Assembly: GCA_041192805.1 (NCBI GenBank)
Contig: JBEEMF010000101.1
Span: 8,096-72,095, forward strand
Direction of reading: 5' to 3'
Length of the DNA stretch: 64,000 bases
Source: Bacteroidota bacterium
GTDB taxonomy: Bacteria; Bacteroidota; Bacteroidia; NS11-12g; UBA955
The position numbers and the translations under genes are program-made. The stretch's first letter is position 1. Each line of letters opens with the position of its first letter. The notes beneath the pieces are model-generated. The model did not search any database and was not told where the DNA came from. It saw only the letters and a list, made by a program, of their open reading frames with translations. Positions 8,871 to 18,960 of the stretch are shown piece after piece.

Positions 8871-11800
8871 ATGCAGACGTTCGAAGAACTCTATCAAAAA
8901 CTCAATACAGAACAGCAACTTGCCGTTGATGCCATTGAAGGACCTGTCATGGTTATCGCGGGTCCTGGGACCGGGAAGACTCAAATCTTGGCCACACGGA
9001 TTCTGAATATTCTGAAAAAAACAGATACGCAGCCGCAAAATATACTTTGCCTCACCTACACCGAAGCGGGTTCCACTGCGATGCAAAAACGACTCAGCCA
9101 ATTTATGGGTCCGGATGCTTACAAAGTCCCCATTTACACATTCCATGGGCTTTGCAATAAAATCATTCAAGACTATCCTGAAAAATTCTCTAGGCGCGAG
9201 CTGCGTGTGATGGACGAATTGGATAAAATTGATTTGGTGCAAGGACTCATCGAAAAGCTCCCCGCCCAATCGATCCTGAAATCGTACAATGAAGATGCGC
9301 AACAGATCCGTAAGGATTTAACCAAGTTATGGGCGCTAATGCAATCGGAAGAAATCGATGCGTCGCAAATCAATGATTGGATTACTTTTCTTAGCGATCA
9401 CGACAATTATAAGCTAGCATTCCCGAACCACACATATAAAGTGAACCGTGCGCCCAACATGGCTGGTGATCTAAAAATGAAGGATTACGACCAGGCGATG
9501 ACATCGTGGAAAAAGGCAAAAGCGGCGGCGGACCTTTACGAGAATTACAAAGAAGCGAAAGCGGCGGAAGGCTTGTATGAATTTTCTGATATGTTGGAAT
9601 GGGTGGCCAATGCCTTTGATACAGACGAGGAACTACTGATCACCTACCAAGAGCAATTTCAATATATTCTGGTGGACGAATACCAAGATACAAGTGGAAT
9701 CCAAAATCACATCCTCTATAAGCTTATTGATTATTGGCAAGACGAACCAAATTGCTTTGTGGTGGGCGATGACGACCAGAGCGTTTATGCTTTCCAAGGA
9801 GCGAAAGTGAGTAACATGCTCAAATTTGCTGAGAAATACGAAACCCATTTAAAGACAGTGGTTTTGGTGAAAAATTATCGCAGTACGCAGCCCATCTTAG
9901 ACAGCGCAAAACGATTGATCGATAAAAACACATTGCGCTTGGTGAATCAGATGAAGGGGTTAAGTAAGGATTTAGTTGCCAGCGGTGAGAACTTGAAATA
10001 CCCTCAGTTGGTGCCAAGCAATAACCTATTCAACAATGAATTTCACGAAGCGGTTGGTGTGGCCGAAACTATCAAAAAACTTATCGCCGAAGGTGAGACA
10101 CCCAATGAAATCGCAGTATTGTTTCCTCAGAACAAGCACGCCTTGGTTTTGGCCGATGCATTTAACGCCGTAGAGGTTCCTTTTGTGATTCACAGACCGG
10201 TGAATATCCTGAATGAAACATTGATCCAACATTTAATCAATTGGTTGGAATACCTGTCGCTAGAATTAGAAATGCCTAACAGCGGGGAACATTTGATCTA
10301 CAAATTATTGGTCAGCCCGCTTTATGATATCAGCAGTTTTGAGGTAAATCAAATGTCGGTTAGCATCTATGCCGACCGATCAAGCAGCAGAAAAGACGGC
10401 AAAGAAAAATACACCTGGCGCGAGCATATTCAAAAAATCATCAAGTCGCCTACCCAGGGCGATATGTTCACAAGTTCACCGTCTGAGGCGTTAAAAGAAC
10501 TTTGGAACAACATCGAAGTATGGATTAAAGAAGCCAGTTGGCTCACTGTTCCGGAGTTGATTCGCGACATATACAGCAAAGGGGGTTATTTGGCATACGC
10601 ATTGAAGTCGCATGATCAGGAATGGACATTAGAAGTGTTACAGACATTCATGGCATTTGCCATCAGAATGAGTGAGAAAACCCCATTTATGAAGCCCCAC
10701 GAATTTATTGCGACGGTGAAAAAGATGATCAACAACGACATTACGGTTCCTTTAGAAAAGCGCATTGGAACGGCGGAAGGGGTTCAGTTCATTACAGCGC
10801 ACAGCAGTAAGGGCTTAGAGTTTGAGCATGTTTTTGTAGTCCGCGCCAATCAAACAGAATGGGAAAAAAGCGATACAGGGAGGATGCCATATCGAATCTT
10901 ATCATTGATACATGGGAAAAGCATCCAACTAAAAAATGCGACGAGCGATGAGGAAAGCAGTGAAGAACGACGTAGGTTGTTTTATGTCGCCATTACCAGA
11001 GCAAAGAAAACCTTACATATCAGCTACAATCAGAAACGTATTACGGCTACAAAGGTGAGCGATGCGATTGCTTCAACTTTTGTTTCGGAAGCGTTGGAAT
11101 CAGAGGCGGGCGAATGCACAACGATACCTAGTGAACGATTGATTTTCACCAATCAGGCCATGTTATTGCGGACGTCGAAACCGAAGTTGAAATCCGACAA
11201 AATGGAGTGGATAGCAAGCAGGACTGCCAATTTCAAGTTCTCACCATCCACTTTGTATAGCATTTTGGAGTGTGGATTGAAATTCTATTTCACGCGGATT
11301 GTTCGAGTACCCGATGCGCCCTCTCCTGCTGCGGCATTTGGAACAGCGATGCACGGGGCTATGCACAAATGGGTAGATCGATGGACGAAAGACAAGGTTT
11401 GGATGAGTGAAGCGGATTTGAAAGTGCAGTTCGACAAAGAGATGTACAAGGAAAGGCATGCATTTAACGAGAAGCAATTCAAGTTAAGGATGCAGCAAGG
11501 GCATGATGTACTGCCGGCCTATTATCAGGCGAGGAAAGACGAATTCAAGCAATACAGTTTGGTTCAAACGGAGAGGATGATCAACGCGGTAATTGACGGG
11601 GTGAATATTTCAGGCTTTTTGGATAAAATGATTTTTGATGGTAATCGGGTTACTGTGGTAGATTACAAAACTGGGAAACCAGAAAATTCCGCGAAGAAGG
11701 CGGCCCCTCCGGGGCCGAGAAGCCAAGGAAAACTACCAAACCCCTACTGGTTCCAATTGGGTATCTACCAACTCATGAGCAATTTACAGCCCGGCAAATC

Positions 11801-12071
11801 TTGGCAGTGCAATATGGCCCTCATTGATTGCATCGAAAAAGATGAGAAGGGGGAATTTCCGCTCATCAAGCTACACTATGATGACGATCAAAATAAATTG
11901 CTCCGAGAATGGATTGCCCAAGCCAACCATCAACTACAAACCTTGGAATTTATGAATGGTTGCGGAAAAGCAGAATGCTATTGGTGCAATTTTGCAAGAC
12001 AAACGGAACAGGTAATATTGATGCCACGGGAAGCCGACCACGAGGAAGGAAACAATTCAGAAACGGATTAA
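8871..12071 (+). CDS. UvrD/REP-family ATP-dependent DNA helicase fused to a C-terminal PD-(D/E)xK nuclease
   Basis: AGPGTGKT, TFHGLC, LVDEYQD, VGDDDQS, NYRS, SKGLEF, EERRLFYVAITRAK; C-terminal GFLDK..VVDYKTG..QLGIY. Confidence 0.92.
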   Translation: MQTFEELYQKLNTEQQLAVDAIEGPVMVIAGPGTGKTQILATRILNILKKTDTQPQNILCLTYTEAGSTAMQKRLSQFMGPDAYKVPIYTFHGLCNKIIQDYPEKFSRRELRVMDELDKIDLVQGLIEKLPAQSILKSYNEDAQQIRKDLTKLWALMQSEEIDASQINDWITFLSDHDNYKLAFPNHTYKVNRAPNMAGDLKMKDYDQAMTSWKKAKAAADLYENYKEAKAAEGLYEFSDMLEWVANAFDTDEELLITYQEQFQYILVDEYQDTSGIQNHILYKLIDYWQDEPNCFVVGDDDQSVYAFQGAKVSNMLKFAEKYETHLKTVVLVKNYRSTQPILDSAKRLIDKNTLRLVNQMKGLSKDLVASGENLKYPQLVPSNNLFNNEFHEAVGVAETIKKLIAEGETPNEIAVLFPQNKHALVLADAFNAVEVPFVIHRPVNILNETLIQHLINWLEYLSLELEMPNSGEHLIYKLLVSPLYDISSFEVNQMSVSIYADRSSSRKDGKEKYTWREHIQKIIKSPTQGDMFTSSPSEALKELWNNIEVWIKEASWLTVPELIRDIYSKGGYLAYALKSHDQEWTLEVLQTFMAFAIRMSEKTPFMKPHEFIATVKKMINNDITVPLEKRIGTAEGVQFITAHSSKGLEFEHVFVVRANQTEWEKSDTGRMPYRILSLIHGKSIQLKNATSDEESSEERRRLFYVAITRAKKTLHISYNQKRITATKVSDAIASTFVSEALESEAGECTTIPSERLIFTNQAMLLRTSKPKLKSDKMEWIASRTANFKFSPSTLYSILECGLKFYFTRIVRVPDAPSPAAAFGTAMHGAMHKWVDRWTKDKVWMSEADLKVQFDKEMYKERHAFNEKQFKLRMQQGHDVLPAYYQARKDEFKQYSLVQTERMINAVIDGVNISGFLDKMIFDGNRVTVVDYKTGKPENSAKKAAPPGPRSQGKLPNPYWFQLGIYQLMSNLQPGKSWQCNMALIDCIEKDEKGEFPLIKLHYDDDQNKLLREWIAQANHQLQTLEFMNGCGKAECYWCNFARQTEQVILMPREADHEEGNNSETD

Positions 12072-12784
12072 AGTCCCAATTTCCGACACGCTTTTTCAGA
12101 GCACAACTCCTCTGCTTTCTTACGACTGTGGTTAACTTCGGTGAACCATATTTCTTCGTCTATCACCAAACTCACCGAATGTAAATCATTCCGATTTTCC
12201 ACTTGCAACTCACTATCAAACCTCAATAACTTATGGTTTTGCTGCGCCCATTTCATCACCAAGGCCTTGTGTGAAACGGCTGTGGCCATGAGTTTTTCCA
12301 TGTCCAAATACTGGCCTACCAAACGCTGACTTACAAAGTCTCTGGCGGCCAAAAAGCCTTTGTCCAAATAAATTGCTCCGATCAAGGCTTCCAATGCATT
12401 GCCCCCGATGGTTTTCATGGCAATTTTGTTAGAATGCAAATCCCGTTTGATGTCCATAATCTCCACCAAACCGAGTTTACTTGCCAAATAACCCAACTGC
12501 TCCCGGTTTACAATTCGGGTGCGCATTTCTGTTAAAAAGCCCTCGTTTTTATTGGGAAATTGTTTAAAAAGAACCTCTGCAACAACGGCATCTAAAATCG
12601 CATCGCCAAGAAATTCGAGGCGTTCGTTGTTCTTTATTTGATCTACACTGCGGGGGTCCGACATAGAACTATGCCTAAGTGCCTCCTGATAGATGCGAAG
12701 TTTACCCGGTTTAATTCCCGTAACTCGGTAAATTTTATTGGAAAGTGGGTTGTTTCCGAGAAATTGTGATAGCAAACCCTTCAA
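12068..12784 (-). CDS. rnc: Ribonuclease III
   Basis: NERLEFLGDAIL, EGFLTEMR, EALIGAIYLD; C-terminal dsRBD. Confidence 0.95.
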   Translation of the reverse strand: MKGLLSQFLGNNPLSNKIYRVTGIKPGKLRIYQEALRHSSMSDPRSVDQIKNNERLEFLGDAILDAVVAEVLFKQFPNKNEGFLTEMRTRIVNREQLGYLASKLGLVEIMDIKRDLHSNKIAMKTIGGNALEALIGAIYLDKGFLAARDFVSQRLVGQYLDMEKLMATAVSHKALVMKWAQQNHKLLRFDSELQVENRNDLHSVSLVIDEEIWFTEVNHSRKKAEELCSEKACRKLGL

Positions 12785-12794
12785 TGTGTAAGGA

Positions 12795-14048
12795 TTAGTC
12801 CTCGAATTTTTTGAAAATCACAGATCCATTGTGTCCGCCAAATCCAAAAGTGTTACTCAAAGCGGCTCTAACTGTGCGTTTCTGAGCGACATTGAAAGTA
12901 AAATTCAAATTGGGGTCGAATTCTGGGTCATCCATAAAGTGATTGATCGTTGGAGGAATAATATCTTCACTAACAGCGAGGATACAAGCCAATGCTTCGA
13001 TGGCACCTGCACCACCCAACAAATGACCTGTCATACTCTTTGTACTACTGATGTTCAGATTGTATGTATTTTCTCCAAAAACCGAAAGGATAGCCTTACT
13101 TTCAGCGATATCACCTAATGGGGTACTTGTACCATGCACGTTGATGTAATCGATGTCTGAAGGCACCATACCGGCATCTTCCAAGGCCACTTTCATCACA
13201 TTGCAAGCGCCCAATCCCTCGGGGTGAGGAGCTGTCAAGTGGTAAGCATCAGCGGTCATTCCACCACCAACAATTTCCGCATAAATTTTTGCTCCACGGG
13301 CTTTGGCGTGTTCATAATCCTCTAGAATTATTGCCGCAGCGCCTTCTCCCATGACAAAACCATCCCGATTATTATCAAAAGGGCGACTGGCGGTCATGAA
13401 ATCATCATTTCTTTCACTCAACGCTTTCATGTTTGTAAAACCTCCAACTGAAGGTTCATTCACACTGGCTTCTGAACCACCAGAAACGATAGCATCGGCT
13501 TTGCCCAAACGAATGAGATTAAAGGCATCAATCAACGAGTGGGTTGAGGATGCACAAGCAGAGACCGTACAATAATTGGGGCCTCTGAATCCATGTTTGA
13601 TGCTGATATAACCTGGGGCGATATCAACAATCATTTTAGGAATAAAAAAGGGCGAGAAACGCGGAGTCCCGTCGCCCCTTGCATAGTCTACAATTTCAGC
13701 GAAGAACGTGGAGAGACCACCGATTCCGGCGCCCCAAACCACACCAATGCGATCCGGATTATACGTTTGCTGCAATATACCACTGTGATGAATCGCCTCG
13801 TCGGCGGCCACCATGGCATACTGGGTAAAAGGATCCATTTTTCTCGCCTCCTTGCGATCGAAAAAATCTTCAGTATTGAAGTTTTTTACCTCACAGGCAA
13901 ATTTCACCTTGAACTTTTCAGTATCGAAGTGGGTAATTAGCCCAGCTCCGCTGACACCAGTGCGCAAGCCATGGAAGAACGAATTTACATCATTCCCCAA
14001 CGGCGTAATGGCACCAAGGCCAGTAACGACAACTCTCCGGAGTTGCAT
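12795..14048 (-). CDS. fabF: Beta-ketoacyl-ACP synthase II
   Basis: RVVVTGLG, SACASS, HGTSTPLGD, KSMTGHLLG and SNTFGFGGHN. Confidence 0.97.
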   Translation of the reverse strand: MQLRRVVVTGLGAITPLGNDVNSFFHGLRTGVSGAGLITHFDTEKFKVKFACEVKNFNTEDFFDRKEARKMDPFTQYAMVAADEAIHHSGILQQTYNPDRIGVVWGAGIGGLSTFFAEIVDYARGDGTPRFSPFFIPKMIVDIAPGYISIKHGFRGPNYCTVSACASSTHSLIDAFNLIRLGKADAIVSGGSEASVNEPSVGGFTNMKALSERNDDFMTASRPFDNNRDGFVMGEGAAAIILEDYEHAKARGAKIYAEIVGGGMTADAYHLTAPHPEGLGACNVMKVALEDAGMVPSDIDYINVHGTSTPLGDIAESKAILSVFGENTYNLNISSTKSMTGHLLGGAGAIEALACILAVSEDIIPPTINHFMDDPEFDPNLNFTFNVAQKRTVRAALSNTFGFGGHNGSVIFKKFED

Positions 14049-14051
14049 AGA

Positions 14052-14288
14052 TTATTTCTTGTTTTCTTCGATGTAACGAATGGCTTCGCCTACCGTCTGA
14101 ATTTTCTCAGCCTGATCATCTGGGATGCTGATGTCGAACTCTTTTTCAAATTCCATAATCAACTCTACGGTGTCTAATGAATCGGCACCCAAGTCGTTGG
14201 TGAAGCTAGCATCAGTTACTACTTCACTTTCCTCAACGCTGAGCTTATCAACGATAATGGCTTTTACTTTTTCTGCAATTTCTGACAT
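14052..14288 (-). CDS. acpP: Acyl carrier protein
   Basis: [14 protein letters not shown]. Confidence 0.98.
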   Translation of the reverse strand: MSEIAEKVKAIIVDKLSVEESEVVTDASFTNDLGADSLDTVELIMEFEKEFDISIPDDQAEKIQTVGEAIRYIEENKK

Positions 14289-14354
14289 GATTTTATTTTT
14301 GATTTGAGTTGCAAAGAAACATTTTTTTCATGACATACAACATTAAAATTATTT

Positions 14355-14807
14355 TTGTGGCACACTTTGTCAGCAAAACGCATCAAATCGACCCAGTTGG
14401 GGGCAGAAATCGACCTCGATATCTTTGCCATCCACGCCCAAATACCGCCACATTACATGGCTTGGTGTCTAGATGACACTTTTTCTTCAAAATTTCAACG
14501 GCAAGACGATACCTTTTCAGTATTTTTGTCGAAGATTACAGAATCAAAGCATGTAGAATACTACTTTGAAGGCAGTGAATCCGTCTGTGAAATGTGGCTT
14601 GTGGAGAATAAAGGAAGCGGCGGAGTGCTTTATAGTGGTAAACCTACACCTGATTATTGGTTGCTTTTGCGTGCAGCAGATGAATTGGGGGGCACAGATG
14701 AATGGATTGACGGACTAAAAACGATACAATCCATCCAAATGAGCTACATTTTCCCGATCGAGAAACATGCGAAACTGACATGGTTGAGGGCTTTGAGTCA
14801 TCTGTAA
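14355..14807 (+). CDS. IPExxxVDY-family-like hypothetical protein (divergent)
   Basis: Lies between acpP and pyk as is usual in Bacteroidota; LVENKG..PDYWL motif; start codon uncertain. Confidence 0.55.
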   Translation: MWHTLSAKRIKSTQLGAEIDLDIFAIHAQIPPHYMAWCLDDTFSSKFQRQDDTFSVFLSKITESKHVEYYFEGSESVCEMWLVENKGSGGVLYSGKPTPDYWLLLRAADELGGTDEWIDGLKTIQSIQMSYIFPIEKHAKLTWLRALSHL

Positions 14808-14822
14808 TGGAATAAAAGCACC

Positions 14823-16253
14823 ATGTACCAAGGTAAATTTAACAAAACAAAAATTGTCGCCACCATCGGACCTGCAACCAGCAGCGTTGAAATGTTGGAA
14901 AAAATCATTCTCGCCGGTGTTGATGTCTGTCGTCTCAACTTCTCTCATGGCACCTACGAGCAACATCAGGAAGTCATCAATAACATCCGCACGGTAAATG
15001 AAAAATTGGGTGCTAACATCGCCATATTACAAGATTTACAAGGGCCGAAATTGCGTATTGGCAAGGTGGATGGAGAAATTCACTTAATAGAAGATCAATT
15101 TATCCTAGTGACTACCGAGGAGCAAATTTCTACATCAGAAATACTTTTTGTGAGTTATAAACGCTTAGTAAAAGATTGCAAACCCGGTGAGCGAATTTTA
15201 TTGAATGATGGCAAGGTCTCTCTTGAGTTTGTTGAGAAAATCAACGACACAACTTTGAAAGCCAAGGTCATAGCCGGTGGCCCATTGTCATCGAACAAAG
15301 GCTTTAACCTGCCTGATTCCAACCTAACTGTCCCATCGTTGACTAAGAAGGATTTAGCCGACTTAGATTACGGATTATCTCAGGAAATGGATTGGGTGGC
15401 ATTGAGTTTTGTTAGATCCGCCGATGATATTATCGAGCTTAAACGATTGATTGCTTTAAAAGGTACGCACACCAAAGTGATTGCAAAAATCGAAAAACCT
15501 GAAGCGGTTGCCAATATTGATGAAATAATCAAAGTCTCTGATGGCATTATGGTTGCACGCGGAGATTTGGGGGTAGAAGTTCCGATGCAGCGAGTTCCGT
15601 TGATCCAAAAAACCATCGTAGAAAAGTGTTTGGCGGCGGCGAAGCCTTGTATCATCGCCACGCAAATGATGGAATCTATGATTGTAGACAGTATGCCAAC
15701 CCGTGCTGAAATCAACGATGTCGCGAATGCTGTCCTTGATGGCGCCGATGCATTGATGCTGTCTGCTGAAACCAGTGTTGGAAAACATCCTCTTCGTGTT
15801 ATCGAAATTATGAGTAGTATCATTACCGATGTGGAAAGCGATCGTAGAACCTATTACAAGGGGGTAAAACCAACCAATGACTCTCCCACTTTTGCGAGTG
15901 ATGAAATTTGTTTTACTGCCGTTAGAATGAGCGATCACTTGCATGCTTCGGCGATTGTTGCGATGACAAAATCTGGATTTACCGGTTTTCGGGTGGCTAG
16001 TTATCGTCCGGAAGCCAATGTTTACATTTTCACCGACAACAAACGATTGCTTGCAACGCTGAACTTAGTTTGGGGTGTGCGTGGGTTTTATTACGATAAA
16101 TTCGTGAGCACCGACGATACGTTTCAGGACATCATTGATATGCTCAAAGAGGAAAACATGGTACAATCAGGTCAGTATGTAATCAATTGCGCCAGCATGC
16201 CAATTCATAAAAAACAGCGCACCAACACGATCAAAGTAACTTTGGTTGATTAA
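14823..16253 (+). CDS. pyk: Pyruvate kinase
   Basis: TKIVATIGPA, RLNFSHG, DLQGPKLR, AKIEKPEAV, MVARGDLG and ATQMMESM. Confidence 0.98.
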   Translation: MYQGKFNKTKIVATIGPATSSVEMLEKIILAGVDVCRLNFSHGTYEQHQEVINNIRTVNEKLGANIAILQDLQGPKLRIGKVDGEIHLIEDQFILVTTEEQISTSEILFVSYKRLVKDCKPGERILLNDGKVSLEFVEKINDTTLKAKVIAGGPLSSNKGFNLPDSNLTVPSLTKKDLADLDYGLSQEMDWVALSFVRSADDIIELKRLIALKGTHTKVIAKIEKPEAVANIDEIIKVSDGIMVARGDLGVEVPMQRVPLIQKTIVEKCLAAAKPCIIATQMMESMIVDSMPTRAEINDVANAVLDGADALMLSAETSVGKHPLRVIEIMSSIITDVESDRRTYYKGVKPTNDSPTFASDEICFTAVRMSDHLHASAIVAMTKSGFTGFRVASYRPEANVYIFTDNKRLLATLNLVWGVRGFYYDKFVSTDDTFQDIIDMLKEENMVQSGQYVINCASMPIHKKQRTNTIKVTLVD

Positions 16254-16301
16254 ACCAGGGATATTCATTCCCGTGTATATTTGTATCTGTAAACCCAATT
16301 A

Positions 16302-16814
16302 ATGGAAGAAGTATTCGTCAATAAGGTCGCTAACAGCGGATTAATCACTTTCAATTTGGAGGAGTATTTTCCGGTGGGTGAGAGAAAATACATCGACATA
16401 AAGGACATTCTTTTCATGGGAATGGTGTTGAAAGAAAAGGACTTCAGGGATTGGGTAAAAACTCATGAATGGTCCGAATATCAAAATTGCTTTATTGCTA
16501 TTGGTTGCAGCGCCGATGCCATCGTTCCTACATGGGCGTACATGCTCATGACAGCTAAGTTATCTGGCATTGCCAATGAAGTAGTCTTTGGCGATTTGCA
16601 ATCCCTAGAAGCCGTTTTATGGCGAAATGCGTTGAGCAAAGTGGATTTGACTCCGTTTGTAGAGGGCAAAATTGTAGTGAAAGGCTGCGGCGATTTGCCC
16701 GTAACGGCGGCCGCCTATTCAGAAATCACTCGATTGCTAGCGCCGATGGTAAAAAGTATCATGTACGGCGAACCTTGCTCTACCGTGCCTGTGTTTAAAT
16801 CAAAAGTGATTTAA
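16302..16814 (+). CDS. DUF2480 family protein
   Basis: VNKVANSGL, LKEKDFR, ADAIVPTWAYML and SIMYGEPCSTVP; TATATTTG -7 element at 16276-16283. Confidence 0.85.
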   Translation: MEEVFVNKVANSGLITFNLEEYFPVGERKYIDIKDILFMGMVLKEKDFRDWVKTHEWSEYQNCFIAIGCSADAIVPTWAYMLMTAKLSGIANEVVFGDLQSLEAVLWRNALSKVDLTPFVEGKIVVKGCGDLPVTAAAYSEITRLLAPMVKSIMYGEPCSTVPVFKSKVI

Positions 16815-16875
16815 ACAAGTAATTTCACTGTGAAATCATAGTGAAAACATCAATAAAATAGTGGATTTTTGTAGA

Positions 16876-18888
16876 ATGCTAAGGATGATTTTCACCTTGG
16901 GACTTGTACTAGTTTCCATCTCAACCATGACAGTTTCAGCCAAAACTAACAGCGCACCTCGCGTTCATTACAACATCAAAATAGAATCGCCACACAGCCA
17001 TTACGCAAAGGTCACGCTGCGCATTGAGGATGTTCAACCCGGCGCGATGGATATCTATATGCCCATTTGGACACCTGGTAGTTATTTGGCCCGTGAATTT
17101 GCAAAAAACGTGGAATCGGTGAATGCCATTGGACTCACTGCAGATGAATCGAAAATGGTATTTATTGAAAAGCCTATCAACTTTGGCAAAACCGTTGAAT
17201 TTACCAAAACGAATAAAAACACATGGCGCATTATGGTCCCCAAGGGGGTTCAGAGTGTGGAATTCACTTATTCTGTTTATTGTTTTGAGTTGAGTGTACG
17301 CACCAGCTTTATCGACGATGACCAGGCTTTGTTAAATATGGCTTCGGTATTGATGACCGTTCGGGGCAGTGAGCATTTGGGCGGTGATTTAGGCATCGAC
17401 TACCCACTTCGATGGTTTAGTATTGCCACAGCGCTAGACCTAATCAACGAACCCTCAGCCGATGTGCATCCAATGTCGACCAATATGGATCTTCACGCGA
17501 ACAACGTCAAAAAGTCCACGGAATTAGAATTGGAATTTGGCACATCGCATACCGACTTTACCTACCCCAATTTTGATGATTTGGTTGATGCGCCCGTTCA
17601 ATTGGGGAATTTCGAAAAATTAAGATTTGACGTGGATGGAATTCCGCATGAGGTCGCCCTGGTGGGTGTAAACAACGCCAACAAGGAAAAACTCGCAAAA
17701 GACATGCAATTGATGTGTACCACGATGAAAAACATCATTAAGGAACACCCTTGCAAACGCTATACATTTATAGTTCAAAATGTTGAATCAGGTGGCGGCG
17801 GTTTGGAGCATAAAAACAGTACGGTTCTGATGATGAGTCGTTGGGCCTACACCGACCCCAATCGTTACAAAGGATTCTTGGGATTGGTTGCCCACGAATA
17901 TTTCCATTTGTGGAATGTGAAGCGCATCCGTCCGATCGAATTGGGACCCTTCAAATACGGCGAAGAGAACTATACCAGCATGTTATGGCTTGCGGAGGGG
18001 ATAACGAGCTACTACGACGAACTTGCGCTTTTGAGAGCAGGCATCGTATCGCGCAAAGAATTTTTAGGGTCGATGGCAGGCTATATCAACGCCCACGAAA
18101 ACCGTATGGGGGCTCGTGTTGCAACGATTACCGAGATGAGTCATGACGCTTGGATTAAGGAATACCGACCCAGTGAGAATTCAAAAAATAGCACTTATAG
18201 TTATTATTCAAAGGGTGTGATTGTTGGATTTCTGTTTGATGCTTGGATTTCGGCGAACACAGGCGGAAGTAAGCACTTGGACGATGTGATGCAATATTTG
18301 TGGCGCAATTTTTATGCGAATAAGGCATTGGGGCCAGAGGGTGCCGGAATCACAGAAAAGGATTTTATTACCGCTGTAAAAACGGTGGTTAGTAGTTCGG
18401 GATTTGCCAATAAACTGTCTATTTCATTTGATGATTTGGCAAAGCAATTGTTACACACGACGGAGATTCCCGATTATAAGGGTATTTTTCTGTCGCTGGG
18501 CATTGAAACCAAAGTGGTTCAAACGGATGCATTGAAATTCGGACTGACTTGTGAATTGGTTGGTGGAAAGACGATTGTAAAGGGGATTCATGCGCATCCG
18601 ATGGCTATGGGATTCAGGCTAAAGGTGAATGTGAACGACGAATTGCTGGTTTTGAACGGGTTTAGGGTCGACAATAATATTGACGAGCTTTATATAAAAA
18701 TGGGCGCTCCGAAGGAAGTTTCATTGGTGGTTTCTCGCGGTGGAATTACCCGCACACTATTTGGAGAATTCACGAAGTTTCCGGAGGTGAAATATGAAAT
18801 AGCTATGCCTGAGGCTTCCAAATCTGCGGACTTTTGGTTACAATCGGATGGTTTGCAGACGCTATTGAAGCAGGCATCCGTGAAATAA
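16876..18888 (+). CDS. M61 family metallopeptidase (glycyl aminopeptidase-like) with a degenerate PDZ-like C-terminus
   Basis: PIWTPGSY, GGLEH, HEYFHLWNVKRIRP, WLAEGITSYY and YYSKG; signal peptide. Confidence 0.9.
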   Translation: MLRMIFTLGLVLVSISTMTVSAKTNSAPRVHYNIKIESPHSHYAKVTLRIEDVQPGAMDIYMPIWTPGSYLAREFAKNVESVNAIGLTADESKMVFIEKPINFGKTVEFTKTNKNTWRIMVPKGVQSVEFTYSVYCFELSVRTSFIDDDQALLNMASVLMTVRGSEHLGGDLGIDYPLRWFSIATALDLINEPSADVHPMSTNMDLHANNVKKSTELELEFGTSHTDFTYPNFDDLVDAPVQLGNFEKLRFDVDGIPHEVALVGVNNANKEKLAKDMQLMCTTMKNIIKEHPCKRYTFIVQNVESGGGGLEHKNSTVLMMSRWAYTDPNRYKGFLGLVAHEYFHLWNVKRIRPIELGPFKYGEENYTSMLWLAEGITSYYDELALLRAGIVSRKEFLGSMAGYINAHENRMGARVATITEMSHDAWIKEYRPSENSKNSTYSYYSKGVIVGFLFDAWISANTGGSKHLDDVMQYLWRNFYANKALGPEGAGITEKDFITAVKTVVSSSGFANKLSISFDDLAKQLLHTTEIPDYKGIFLSLGIETKVVQTDALKFGLTCELVGGKTIVKGIHAHPMAMGFRLKVNVNDELLVLNGFRVDNNIDELYIKMGAPKEVSLVVSRGGITRTLFGEFTKFPEVKYEIAMPEASKSADFWLQSDGLQTLLKQASVK

Positions 18889-18960
18889 AGAAATTTCATA
18901 GAAAACCAAAGCGATATAACATCGAGGTACGAAATTCTAAAACATCAAGAAAGAAACAAT

